In this document: in pieces, positions 27,101 to 39,727 of the stretch
Layout: each line of letters opens with the position of its first letter
Position numbering within the stretch: position 1 is the stretch's first letter
Origin: Cyanophora paradoxa CCMP329
Lineage: Eukaryota > Plantae > Glaucophyta
Direction of reading: 5' to 3'
Length of the DNA stretch: 64,000 nucleotides
Assembly (NCBI GenBank): GCA_004431415.1
Contig: QPMI01000643.1
Location: forward strand, 62,001-126,000
Program-made: the position numbers and the translations under genes
The notes under the pieces: model-generated
Told to the model about the DNA's origin: nothing
Seen by the model: only the letters and a program-made list of their open reading frames with translations
Database searches by the model: none

Positions 27101-27922
27101 AACGAAGGGCCCAAACACTGTCGGCGTCATTGCCGAAGCGTACAAGACGGAATCACCGCGCGCGGGGGGCCCGACGCTCGATTTCAACACGCTCGGCTGG
27201 ACGCCGGCATCGTGCACGTGCGCCGGCTTGCGAGCCGTCTCCTTCCTGCGCGTCCTCCCCGAGATCGTCCGCGCCCCGCGGTCGCCCGACCGGAAGGCCC
27301 CCGTCATCGCGGAGACGCCCGCGCCGGCGGCGGCGGCGTCCGGGCCCAACGTGGCGGCGATCGTTGGCGGAGTCGTGGGAGGCGTCGCGTGCGCCGTCCT
27401 GGCGGCCGTCGCGGCGTTCGCTGTCCGCTTCGTGCACCAGCGGCGCGGTCCGCCTTGTCTTTTCGTGCGCGGCGCGATGCGTTCTCACCCCCTGTTGCAG
27501 CGGTTCTGCGCGGCGCGCGCAGGGCGCGGAGGGCGCTCGCGGCGGAGGAGGTCGCGATCGGACCCGTCGCCATCGACGTCGGAGACGGGGACGTGCCGGG
27601 CGACCTGGTGCACCTGACGGAGAGCCTCGGCGCGACGCGGCCCGCCTCGACGGCGGTCTCCACTCTCCACTCGGCCCGCTCCTCTTTCAGCATCGACATT
27701 CCGGCGCTCGTCGGAGGGCAGGCGGCCCCGACTGTCGCGTCGGCCTCCGGTGCGCGGGGAGCCTCTCCTGTCCACACCGTCAGCACGCCGCCACCGTCCG
27801 CGGGCGACGGTCTCGCTACTCGAGGGCACAGCCCCGCTGGCGGCCGGCGCAGCGGCGCGCCGAGCCGCGATGGCAGCGACACGGACGAGATACTCGCCCG
27901 CATCCCTTCCATCCAACTGTAA
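9134..27922 (+). CDS. Giant type I membrane protein: dozens of FN3-like repeats, (SP)n linker, duplicated Cys-rich domain, GPS-like motif, single TM; 5' part cut off by the insertion (possibly now a pseudogene)
   Basis: Recurrent FN3 motifs (D.GL.PG..Y.Y). One intron-free reading frame 9134-22380 apart from three 1-nt losses (~10690, ~11268, ~14690), then introns (first 22381-22429). C-GYY...GC...CTC.GL motif at ~27005-27250, TM NVAAIVGGVVGGVACAVLAAVAAFAV at ~27348-27426, stop at 27922. 3' exon boundaries are approximate. Confidence 0.8.
9587..16628 (+). repeat. Tandem triplication of a ~2658-bp (886-codon) FN3 block, about 2.65 copies
   Basis: ACGGACACGACCAGCGTCATC recurs at 9587, 12243 and 14900; the copies differ only by scattered SNPs and single-base losses. 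Confidence 0.95.
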
Positions 27923-28737
27923 GAGTCTGCGATCGCATTGCGATCCCCGAGTCCAAGCCATCGATATCTTTGGCCAGATCTAGATTTTCGATTTTCGTTT
28001 AGATCTAGAGTTGGACCTTTGTGTCTACATGAAATCTGCAGCTAGATCCAGAATAGAATAGAACAGATCAGGACTAGAAGAAGAGAGCTATGCTATGCTA
28101 TGCTATCTGCTCGCGCGTCATATATATTTCCTAAATTATTGGATGGCCAGTCCATGGCCGCTTTATCGTCTTATTGCCGCAACTGTCTTTTTATTGTCTC
28201 GTCTTATTGTCTTATTGTGCTCGGAATAGAGCTCTCGCCCAGAGTGCTTTCTGGTGATTTCGCTCGTGATCGTGATCGTGAGGCCTGCGTCCCCCCACAG
28301 CACGAGGGGTGGCCGTGGTCGGCGTGCCACGTCGGGGAAATTGGCGAGGCGCCGGCTCGCCTGCCCTGGGCGGGGAGCCCTTTGATTTGGATCCCTTCGA
28401 ATGCCCCGCACCAACCTCCGATGGGGCCACGTCGCGCGCTCGCGATAGATCCCCCATATATTTAGTGCAAGTAATCATCAGCATCCGTAAATTCTTGATC
28501 ACCTAGGCCTGCACTGCACTTTTTTTTGCAAAAGTGGACGTCGCATTGATACACCACGGCACATGTATCAATCTAGGCCTGCACTGCACGCTCCAAGACC
28601 ACATGTACGTCGATCGAATGATCACCTGATCATAGCTAGTACTGATATCGATCATGAACGCTCGAGCTCCAAGACCACTAGTACTGGGCCACGTGATCAA
28701 CTGATCATGATCATTATACCCTAGGCCCGGACACAAT

Positions 28738-28937
28738 ACGCTCGGCTGGACGCCGGCATCGTGCACGTGCGCCGGCTTGCGAGCCGTCTCCTTCCTGCGC
28801 GTCCTCCCCGAGATCGTCCGCGCCCCGCGGTCGCCCGACCGGAAGGCCCCCGTCATCGATATCGCGGAGACGCCCGCGCCGGCGGCGGCGGCGTCCGGGC
28901 CCAACGTGGCGGCGATCGTTGGCGGAGTCGTGCGGAG
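28738..28937 (+). pseudogene. Duplicated ~200-bp exon fragment of the FN3 gene (copy of ~27189-27383)
   Basis: Near-identical sequence with a 6-bp GATATC insertion at ~28858; flanks are non-coding. Confidence 0.9.
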
Positions 28938-29504
28938 GCCGCCCCTCCGCATGCCATGATGCACGCCCCAAGACCGTACCACACCGTCAAAGGATCACCT
29001 GTAGCTAGGCCTGCACGTTTCAAATACACAATGCACATGTAAAGGGTCACGATCGCCTCTACTTCTGTCATAGTGCGTCAGGGCTTAGTTGTAACTCAGG
29101 CGCCCCCCGATCGGCAATTTGCAAGTTGGACGGGCGGCTAGCGCTAGCGCTGCGCATGTTGTTGTATATTAATACGGCCGGTATCCTAGGCCTTGCCCCG
29201 TCGGGCCCGTGAGTCATGCTAACTCGAGATCCGGATTCGAAAATGAGACGCGTCTAGATCTCCTCTAAAACTAGATCCAATGATCTGCAGCTGCCGGCCT
29301 GCAGCTGGTTATCGATGTGAATTGTGTGCATGGATTACAACAGGATAGTAGATTGCATTGAATTTTCGCTGTGCTCCTACATAGTTAACCTATTCTTGGG
29401 ACTCCGATCGGGGAAGCAGCTCTGATCCAGCAGCGCGTTAATCGCTAACTTCGGAACTATTATTCGACTCCAGAAATTTGAAGCGGGGGGTGGGTGGCCG
29501 GGGC

Positions 29505-32500
29505 TCAGCTCGACGCCTCCGCGTCCGCGGGAGGCGCCGCTGCAGCCGAATCCGGGGCCGGAGCCGGATCCGAGGCCGGGGCCGGGGGCGCGGGGGCCTC
29601 GGCGGCGGGCGCGGGGGCCTCGGCGGGGGCGAGGGCCCTGCCGACGGACATGCCGACCTGCGCGGGGCGTCAGCGGGTCCGGGTGCGGGGCCGGGGGCCG
29701 GGGCGGGCCTGGAGGAGGGTCTCGAGGGGCTGCGCGCTGTGCTCGAGGAGGTCGGCGTCGAACTGGATGCGCCCCTTCTGCCACACGCAGATCACCGTCG
29801 AGCCCCCGAACCTGCCCCGCGCCGGAGATAAGGATCCATCGGGGCGGGGCGGGGCGGGGCGGGGCGGACGCGAAGTAGCCGATCTCGTCGCCGCGCTTGA
29901 CCGCCTCGCCCACCGTCTTCGTCAGCACGATCTGCGCGGCCCGGCCCGCCCGGCCGTCGGGGGGAGCCGCGCCCTCTAGATCTCCCGCGCGCCGCCACCG
30001 CACCGAGCCGACGCAGGTCGCCCCGATGATCACGTACGCCACCTTGCCTGCGCCGGGCCCCGCCTCGGCGCGCGCCCAAGGCGGGGCGGGGCGGGGCGGG
30101 GGGGCGGACCGAAGGCGGGGGACTCGAAGAGCGCGATGTTGCGGCGGTTCTCCGTGTACACGTTCACGTCCTGCGCGGGGCCCCGCGGTCGGCCCGGGCC
30201 GGCCCCTCCGCGCGGCGCCCGGGCGGACCTGGCGGACAGCGATGGGGTTGACGGTGAAGTAGGCCCCCGGCAGCTCCTTGCACGACGCGAACTGCGCGGG
30301 GGGCTCGGGCCGGCCCCGGGGCGCCGCGGGGCGGGGCGGAGGGCCGGAGGGAGAGGGCGCACGGTGCCGTCGACGGGGCAGTGGTAGCGGTGGTAGTCCT
30401 GCGCGGCGGGGCGTCAGCGGGCGCGGCGGAGGAGAGGCGCTGCCCCGGGCGGGGGCGGGCCTGCGGGGCGAGGCGGAAGATGGCGAGGGAGCCGCCCTCG
30501 AACTCGGCGGCGAGGCCGGCGTCCCCCAGCAGCGCCCCCACCGAGAACTCCTTCCCCTGCGGGGCGTGAGCCGCCTGGGCGGCCTTGGAGCGGGGCGGGG
30601 GGGGGCGGGGCGGGGCGGGCCTTGATCCAGAGGCGTGTGGCGTCGTCGACGGTGGGGAAGGCCATCACACGCGAGTCCGCCGGCGAGACGCACGTCGCGG
30701 CGTCCTCCGGGTCCTGCCCCCGCGCACCGCGTCAAATAGGATGGGCCGGGTCGGGACGGGATGGGCGGGGGTCGCCCACCTTGACGGGGCGGACGCCGGG
30801 GCGGAGCTTGCGGTAGAAGAACTCGTTGAAGGTCGCGTACTGCGCCCCCGCCCGCCCCCGCCCGCTCAGCTCCGAGCGCCGGGGCGGCGGGCGCGCGCTG
30901 GGATCTCACCTCGGCGGGGGGCCGGTCCATCTCGTTGACGTTGAGGTCGTGGAACTTGATGAAGTCCTCGATGTACTTCACCGACCCCGCGTCGTTGTAC
31001 TTCGGCCCTGCGCCCAGCGAAAGAGAGTCAGGGGAGGTGGCGGGGCTTCGGCGGGGCCGCGGGGCGGGGCGGGCGCGCCGTAGTCGATGGTCATCTTCTG
31101 CAGCGTCTCCCGCACCTTCGTCCCCTCCACCGCTGGGGCCGCCGGGCGTCAGGCGGGGCGGCGGGGCGGGGCGGCGGGGCCGGCACCGGAGCGGCCGAGC
31201 TTGGAGTGGTACATGGTGAGGAGGGGGATGCGGACGTAGGCGGGGATCTTCTCCTCCAGCAGCTGGCCCGTCTGCGCCCGCCCGCCCGCCCGCCCGCCTC
31301 GGCCCCGGGCGAGGAGAGGTGCAGCGCGGGGGCGGCTGGGGGCACCTTGCGCTCGAGGACCATGATGTTGCCCGCCTCGTTCATCTTCGCCCCGTACATC
31401 ATCTTCCCGAACAGCTGCGGGGGCGGGTACGGTAAGCGGAGTGGGAGGAGGAGGGCGGGGGCGGGGGGGTGACCTTGGAGGCGAAGCCCTTGGAGGCCTG
31501 CGTCTCCGTCACGAACTGCTTCATCGCTGCGCGGCCCCCGCCGCGGCGCGTCAGACGAGGGGAGGGGAGGGTGGAGGGGGCGGGTGCGGGCACCGAAGAG
31601 GTCCTTGGCGGCGCCCTCGCCCTCCACGAAGCAGACGCCGACGTGGCACACCATCTTCGTGTCACTCGCGTCCCCAAGCTTCGCCCCTGCGCCCGCCCCG
31701 CCCCGCCCCGCCTCGCCGCCCGCCCCCTGCGCCGGGGCGGGGGGGCGGGGGCGGGGGGCGGCGGACCGCAGATGGGGCACTCGGTGAAGCGGATGAGGGC
31801 GCCGTGCTGCGAGGCGCGCCGCAGCTCCAGCAGCTCCTGCACCGAGAGCGTCGCGTCCTGGTTCTTGTCGACCTTCGAGAACTGCGGGGCGGCTCGCGTG
31901 CGAGGCGAGGCGGGGCGGGGGCGGGGGCGCGGGGTGCGCGGACCAGCACGTCGAGCTCCTCGTCGGAGAGGTCTACCCCCATCGTCGCGAACATCGCACC
32001 CAGCTCCGCGCGGTCCAGCTGAGTACGCGGTCAGCTACGGGGTCCGGCCTGGGGTCCTGTGTCCCGCACCTGCTTGTCCCCGCTCTTGTCGTACATGCTG
32101 ACGAGGGTCTCCCAGAAGTACCCCTCCACGCCTGCGTACCCCGGACGTGAGCCAGTACCCCCCGCGCCGAGCGGGGTACGCCGCACCGGCGGCGTCGAGG
32201 TACTTGAAGGCCAGGTGGAGCTGGGCGACCGGCTTGTCGCTCGGCTGCGGCTGCCCCGGGGCGTCGGGCCGGCGCCTGGGGTGGAGCGGGGCGGGGCGGG
32301 GCGGGCGGGGCTGGGGTACGGCGCACGTTGCGGGAGGCGTACATGGGGACCCAGAGGTCGGCGTGTCCGGGAAGGTCGCCGAGGACACGCTGCAGGGGCA
32401 GCAGCACCGTCCCGATGAAGTCGTTCTCTGCCCCGCCGCAGCCGCCGCCGCCCCCCCCCCGTGAGCCCCGCCGCCCGCGCCGGCCCCGCCCGAGGGGGCC

Positions 32501-33119
32501 CGCGCGGCGCACCGGAGACAAAGTCCTTGTCGAAGATTGAGAAGACGACCGAGTACTCCCGCTGCTTCTTCAGCACGGGGCTGCCCCGCCCCGCCAGCCC
32601 CGAGTGAGCCCGCGCGCCGGGGCTGGGACCGCTGCCCGGCGCGGCGCGGCCAGGCGCGGGGCGGCGAGGCGCGGCGCGGCGCACAATTTGAAGGACTGGT
32701 TCCACTCCGGGTTGACGGTGGAGGACTTGGACTTGGTCTTGAAAGTCGCCGTGCCGAAGGCGGCGGTAACGTAGGGGTCGACCTTGCCCACCATATCCGA
32801 CGCCGCAATCTCCTTCGCCCCGATGACTGCGCCCCGCCCGCGTGAGGCCCCGCCCGGTCCGAGCCCCGCGGAGTCGCGCGCAGCGGGGTTCGGGGGCCGC
32901 GGAAAGGCGGCGCTCACTCGTCACTGTCACCAGCCCCTCAAGCGCATCGCCATCTCCGTCCGACGCTGCGGGGACTGACTGGGGCGCCGCGGGCGCCGCG
33001 GGCTTGCCCTGCGCCGGGCTCGGCGCTTGAGCTGTCGAGGCCGGTTTAGCCGGTGCGGCCTGAGCCGCCGAAGGCGCCTGAGGCTTCGCGTCTGCCTGGC
33101 TGCTAGCTCCACAGCCCAT
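29505..33119 (-). CDS. PSD2: Phosphatidylserine decarboxylase proenzyme, PSD2 type (C2 + EF-hands + PSD), about 23 introns
   Basis: Spliced exons give MGCGASS (acylation-type N-terminus), C2 (DPYV..FKTK..TVNPEWNQ), EF-hands (DKSGDKQL, DKNQDATL), TFNEFFYRKL, IFRLAPQDYHRYHCPVDG, YFTVNPIAVR, VYTENRR, IGATCVGS and GDEIGYFA-FGGST (autocleavage motif). Confidence 0.9.
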
Positions 33120-33562
33120 GGCGGTTTTCTATTTGCGTTTGGGGTACAGCCGAGTTTGGGGCGTGGAATTCCTTCGTTCGCGAATTTGAGCGGTCGGAGC
33201 GGACCAATCGGGCCAGACGACGTCAGCGTCGGATCAGGCGCGTTTGCAGCAGCAAGGCGGGAGAGCATCAGTCTTCGTCCCAGAAGGCAGCAGCGTGCTT
33301 ATCTCGAGGGCGAGGGAACCGCGTCCAGCTAGCTGCAGGCGAGTCAACCGCGACGTCTGCTCGGCAGCACGAGGCGGCGTCGTATCTGGAAACCGCACTT
33401 GCTTACAGTCGCGCTGCATCTGAGCCTGCCTGGGCCCAGGGAGCCGTCAAAGCCGGCCGCATGGCCAGCTAGCTATAGATCGCCATCCACGTATCCGCCT
33501 CCGAGCCAGCTGCAGCCCCCACAGGGGCAGCGCCTTCTGCGCATGCCATATTAGCGTTGGGA
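33120..33562. promoter_or_regulatory. Short intergenic region between divergent genes (candidate bidirectional promoter)
   Basis: Positional only: ~440 bp between the PSD start (-) and the cyclase start (+). Confidence 0.4.
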
Positions 33563-36500
33563 ATGGTCGTCCTCAACTCGGCGCCGGCGGCGCTGACGGT
33601 GGATACCCCCGAGCCCGAGCGGGCCCGCAGGAGCAGCGGGGAGCTGGACTCGCCGGACCCCGCCTCGGGCGCCTCCTCGGCTGCGGAGCTGAGCCCGGCT
33701 GCGGCGAGGCTCAACCCGCTGATCACCCGCGTCGCACGCTCCCCCTCCACGGGCCTGAGCGCCCGCTCGACCCCGGCGGCGCCCTCCTCCATCGGCTCCA
33801 ACCTCGGCCAGGACGAGAAGGAGAAGGGCGCCGCGAACGGCGGCTCGCCCGCCAATGGCTCCCCGGCCGTGCGCTCCTCGACGCCGAGCGCGCTGCCGCG
33901 CTCGGGGAGCCGCTCCCAGTCGGTGGAGCGGCCGGGCTCGGCCTCCGCCTCCAAGCAGGCCTTCGCCGCGTCGCGCACGGGGAGCCGCCTGCGGTGCGCG
34001 CCCCCGCGCTCCCCCGCCCCCGCGCGCGCCCGACGCGGCCGCGCAGCTCCTCGTCGATCGCCGTCGGGGCGGCGAGCATGCTCCACCACGTCCAGCAGGC
34101 GGAGGCGGCGGCCGCCGCCGCTTCCGCCGCCGGAGGGGAGCGCCCGGGGCGGCCGGCCTCCTTCTCGAGGGTGCGCTCGGGGTCGATCGTGGCGATGGGG
34201 CGCGACGGCTCGCCCTCGCGCGAGGGCGCCGAGGGGGGCGAGGGGCCCCAGCTCGTCCGCAAGACCATCTCCTCCTCCAGGCGCGCCCCGCCCCGGGCCC
34301 GCCCGTGTGCCTGAGCTCGCCGCGCCTGAGCTCGCTGCGCGGGGCAGCTCGTACATGCTGGGGGCGGCCAAGACCATCGTCACCCTCGAGGGCGTCGGCG
34401 ACCCCGCCCTGTCCGCACCCCCTCCACTCCCCCCCCCCTCCGCCCCCCTCCCCCTCACCCCCCCCTCAGGATCACGACGCTCTCGCTGGTCGAGTCGGGC
34501 CTGGCGGCGTGCCCGGCGCTGGAGGGGTACGTGAACCTGACGGAGCTGGACCTCTCGGGCAACCGCATCACCGCCCTCCACCAGTCCCTCTTCAAGCTCG
34601 CCTCCCTCACCAGCTTCAAGGTACCCCAGCCCTCCCCCCGCCCCCTCCCCCCCTCCCCCCCCGGCCCCGGCCCACGCGCCGTGTCGCGCTCTGCCCCGCC
34701 GACTCTCCCCCGCTTCCCGCAGATCAAGAAGAATGAGCTGATAGAGCTGCCGACGAGTGCGCCGGCCCGCCGGCCCCGCACCGCCGCCGCCGCGGCCGCC
34801 CTCGCTGACGCGTATCCCTTGCCGGGGCGCAGCGATCGGGCGGCTGACGGGCCTGCAGCACATCGACGCGAGCGAGAACCGCATCCAGAACCTCCCCTCC
34901 GCCCTCGGCTGGCTCTCCGACCTCGCCGTCCGCCCCCCCCCTCCCCCCTCCCCCCCCGCCCCCCCGCCCCCCCGACGGGGCCGGGGCAGAGCCTGCGGCT
35001 GCGGAACAACAACTTCGGGGCGCTGCCGGCGGAGCTGGCGAAGTGCTCGAAGCTGCGGCTGCTGGAGGCCGGGGGCAACCCGCAGCTGATGGGCCTCCCC
35101 ACCTTCGTCCTCCGCAACGCCCTCGCCATGGCCCGCCCCCGCCCCGCCCCGCCCCCTCGGGTCCAGGCGGCGGGCCCTGAGGCGGGGGCGGCAGGACTTC
35201 CTCGAGGAGACGCTCCCCCTGGAGACGATGGAGGGCTTCCGGGCCTCCCACAGGGCGCTCAACGGGCAGCTGCGCGGCGAGAAGGCGCGCGCCGCCTCCC
35301 TCGAGGAGCGCCTCAAGCAGCAGCAGGCCGAGCAGCGCGAGCTGCACGCCCGCCACGAGCGCCTCCAGGCCGAGTACAACGACCGCCTCGCCGCGCTGAG
35401 GAAGGCCGAGGAGTCGTTCGCGAAGCTGCTGGCGCAGATGCGCCCGCCCGAGTCGAACAACGGGGCGGAGGACGCGCTGCAGGGCGTCGCGTCGCTCTCC
35501 GAGAACATCGCGCGGCTGCAGGGCGCCCTGCAGGCCGAGCGGGAGCGGGGGCGGGACCTCTCGCACCACATCGAGGAGCTCGAGCGGCAGATGAAGCAGG
35601 CGGCGCGCGTGGCGGCGATGCAGGCCGAGGAGGGCGCCCCCGCCCCCGAGGGCACGGTCACCCTCGTCTTCACCGGTGCCCGCGAGCCCGCCCATCAGCC
35701 GCCTCGCGCGGGCGGCGCGCGCGGGGGGTGACGAGGGGCGGGGGCAGACATCCAGGGGTCGACGGCGCAGTGGGAGGCGAACGCCGACGTGATGGCCCGC
35801 GGCCTCAAGCAGCACAACCAGGCCCGCCCCGCCCCGCCCCGCCCCGTCCGCCTGGCCGCGTGTGCGCCCGCCTCGACCTGATGGGGCGGGGCGGGTGCAG
35901 CTGATGCGGAACTACATCAAGAACATGCGCGGCTTCGAGGTCAAGACGGGTGCGGCGGCCGCGCCCCGCCGGCCCCTCCCCGCCCCCCGGCCTCACCTTC
36001 CCCCGCAGAGGGGGACGCGTTCATGATCGCGTTCGCGACGACGCTCGAGGCCGTCAAGTTCACCCTCGCCGTCCAGGTGCGCGGCTCGCCCCCCGGCTTG
36101 TCTACCTATCTGTAGACACGCCGGGGCGCGCCGCGCGGGGCCACGGCGGCTTAGCGCTCCCTGCGGGTCAGATGGCGCTGGTGGAGGAGGGGTGGGAGGA
36201 GGCGCTGCTGGCGAACCCCGACAGCGCCATCGTCCGCGACGAGGCCGGCCAGGCCCGCCCCCGCCCCGCCCCGCCCCGTGCCGCCACTTGTCTCTCTCGG
36301 ACGCCGCCGACGGGGCGGCCGGGGCGGGGGCAGATGCTGTTCCGGGGGATGCGGGTGCGCATGGGGATCCACACGGGCGAGCCGAGCTGCGAGCGCGACC
36401 CGACGACGAGGCGCATGGACTACTTCGGTGCGCGGGGCCCCGGAGGCGGCGGGGGGGCGGGTCTGAGGGCCGGCGGGTCGGGGCCAGGCCCGATGGTGAA

Positions 36501-39500
36501 CCGGGCGGCGCGGGTGGAGGGGATCTGCCACGGCGGGCAGATCACCGTCTCCGGCTCCGCCATGAAGGTGTGCAAGGCCCCGTGCGCCCGCCCCGCCCCC
36601 GCAGCGCCTGAGGGGGCGGGGGCGGCAGCACCTGGAGGGGCACGTGAAGGAGCTGGGCGAGGAGGCCGTCTTCGAGTTCCTGGGGCCAGTCCAGCTCAAG
36701 GCGCGGCCGCCCCCTCACGCCCCACGCCCTCCTCGCTGCCCGCGCGGTCCCTGAAGCTCCTCGGGCGGCAGGGCCTGGACACGCCGGAGGACATCTACCA
36801 GATGCTGCCCAAGCCGCTCGCGAAGCGGGCCTTCCCGCCGATCAAGGGCGCGGCGAGCGTGGCGGACAGCGTCTCCCAGCAGTTCGAGGCCCTCAAGGAG
36901 AAGAACGCCGTCCTCATGTCCAAGCTCCACGACATGGAATCGTGCGCTGCGGCCCCCGCTGGACCGCCTGCGAGGGCGCGCCGTGCGACCGGGCGGCGCC
37001 GCCGCGCAGGTACACGACGGGGATGCGGGGCCAGGCGGACACGCTGGCGAGCACGCTGCGGGCGCTGGGCGCGGGGGCCGGCGGCGAGCGCGGCGCCGTG
37101 GAGATCGTGGAGGCGATGGAGCGCATGGAGGGGCTCTTCTCCCAGATCCACACGAGTGCGCCCCGCCCGGCCCAGAGGACTTTGATGCCGGCGCCGGCCG
37201 AGGCGGGGCGGGGCGGGGCGCAGTCCAGAAGGACATCGAGGAGGACCGGAAGAAGAGCCGGGCGCTGAAGGAGGACCTCTCGGCGACCGAGTCGACGGCC
37301 TTCCGCGCCCTCCGCGACGAGAACTCCCGCCTCCTCACCGAGCTCTCCACCAGGAACGCCCAGGTCCGCGCGGCCGGCCCCGGCAGGCCCCCGCCGGGGT
37401 CGATTCTGAGCGAGCGTGGGGGCGCCCGGTCGGCAGATCGAGCGGCTGAAGGAGGCGGCGGCGGATGGCCGCAAGCGCGAGGCGGCCGCCGAGGCAAAGA
37501 CCTCCGCCGTCAAGCGCGAGCTCCTCAGCATGGCCCGCCGCCCCCGCTCGCCTCTCCCGCCCCGCCTCGCCTCGCCTCGTTTGAAACGGGGCGGGGCGGG
37601 CAGACGATCGACCGGGACAAGTGGAGCGCGGAGGTGGGGACCCTCGTCGACCGCCTCCGCGAGCAGAGCGAGAAGGCGCGTCCGCGTCCCCCGCGCCGGC
37701 TCGTCGGCCCGCCCGCGCTGACGGCGGCGTCGTCCAGGTCTCGGAGCTGGGGCGGCACTTCACGGAGGCCTCCACGACCGCCGCCGGCGCCTCCGCCGCC
37801 CAGCGCAAGCTGGCCCGCCCCGTCCCCCCTGTCTTCCCCGTCCTTTCCTTCGGCCCTCTGACCGCGCGGGGCGCAGGCGGAGGAGGCGGAGGCGGCGAAG
37901 CGGGCGGAGGCGCAGGCGACGAAGCAGCTGGACTACGCGAACAAGCAGCTGCGGGCGGAGACGGCCCGCGCCAACACCCTCCAGTTCCGCCTCGACGAGA
38001 TCACGCGGGCGCGCCCCGCCCCGCCGCCCTCGCGCGCCCCCCCGCCTCCCGGGCTCGAGCTGAGGCCGCGTGGCGGGGGCAGAGCATGGAGCCGGCGCAG
38101 CAGCGGCTGGAGGCGGAGGTGCGGCGCCTCCACGAGGAGCTGCGCGCCCTCAGAGAGGCCCGCGAGGAGGAGACCGCCGCCCTCAAGCAGGCCCGCCCGC
38201 CCCGCCCGCCCTCGAGGCCTCCGACCCGCCTTGTCTGACTGGCGGCGCCCCGGCGTCTACTGCGAGCAGGAGGTGTCGGCGCGGGGCGAGCAGATCGTGG
38301 AGCAGCGGAAGCAGCTCGCCGACTCGTACGAGTCGAACCGCATGCTCCAGCTCCAGCAGTCCACCGCCGCCACCGTCCGCCCCGCCCGCCCGCCCGCCCG
38401 CCCCGAGACGGCGCCTGAGGCGGCGGGGCGGGGCGGGGCGCAGGAGGCGGCGCTGTGGAAGGAGCGGCACGACCAGCTCTACGCCGAGTACTCCCGCATC
38501 TCCGCCCTCGGCGCCCAGGCCGAGAGCATGCGAGCCAAGGTGCCCCCGCCCGCCGCGTCGCCGAGGGCAGGGCGTGGCGGGCGGGCGCTGAGGGCGGGGC
38601 GGGGGCGCAGCTGCAGAGCGAGCGGGGCCAGCTCACCGACGCGCTCGACCACACCCGCCAGGTGCCCCCCCCCCCCCCCTCTCTCCTTTCTTCCTCTCCC
38701 CTCCGCGTTGAGCCGGGGCGCAGGCGGTGCGGGCGGCGGTGCTGGAGCGGGAGGCGGGGCGGGTCAAGCTCGAGGGCGTCTCCTCCGAGATGCGCGCCCT
38801 CGCCGACCGCCTCCAGGCCCGCCCGCCCGCCCCCGCCCTGCCTCCTCCTCTCCCTTATGCTCTTGCAGGGGGCGATGGACGAGCGGGACAAGTGGCTGGG
38901 GGCGACGGAGCGGGCGCAGGCGGAGCTCGTCGACGCGCACGAGCGGCTGCGGCGCGAGGCCGCCCGCGCCGACGAGGAGCGCGCCCGCGCCGACCGCCTC
39001 CAGACCGACCTCGCCGCCTCCGCCGTCCGCACCCTCCCCCCCCCCCCCCCCCCCCCCCCCCGCCTCGAATCGAAGTGCGCCCTCGGAAGCTCACTCTCTC
39101 TCCTCCACGCCGCAGGCGCTCGCGAACTGGGAGTACGGGAAGACCCCCGCGAAGGCTCGCGCACGCGCCATCCCCTCCCTCTGTGGTTCGATAACCGTGC
39201 ATGCGCAGGAGGCGGTGTCGGCGAAGCTCGCGCTCATCGGGGAGCTGAAGACGGCGCTCATGGCCGCCTTCAAGGCCCCCACCCCGCCCCCCTACGTCTC
39301 CGCCCCGGGCGCACCCGGTCCGCACCCCATCCCCCCCCTCACCCGGCTCAGCTGAGCGGGGGGGGTATGCAGCGCTCTTCGCGGAGCTGATGACGATCCT
39401 GGGGCGCTACCTCACCGCCTCGGAGCGCATGGTGCGCCCCGCGGCTCCGGCTCCGGGCGCTTCGAGGGGCTCAGGCGCCCGCAGCACATGGGCATCCCGC

Positions 39501-39727
39501 GGGTCTTCTACAACGGGCCGGGCTCCGGCGCGGACACCAGCGTCGGCTCCGCAGGCGGCGGCGAGGCCGGCGCGGGAGGGGCGCCCCACGGGCAGCTCGC
39601 CCGCTCGGGCTCTCTCGCCCGCTCTGGGTCGACCGTCGGCGCCGGCGCCGGCGGGGCGGGCCAGCGGCAGGCGTCGCCCCTGCGCAAGTCCTCCTCCATC
39701 ATCGCCCGCCGCCCCTCCATCTCTTAG
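33563..39727 (+). CDS. Class III adenylate cyclase with N-terminal LRRs and long coiled coils, about 31 introns
   Basis: Spliced exons give LRRs (LTELDLSGNRI, LQHIDASENRI, LRLRNNNF) and cyclase motifs VFTDIQGST, EVKTEGDAFMIAF, MRVRMGIHTG and RMDYFGPMVNRAARVEG. K and D specificity residues indicate ATP as substrate. Confidence 0.9.
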
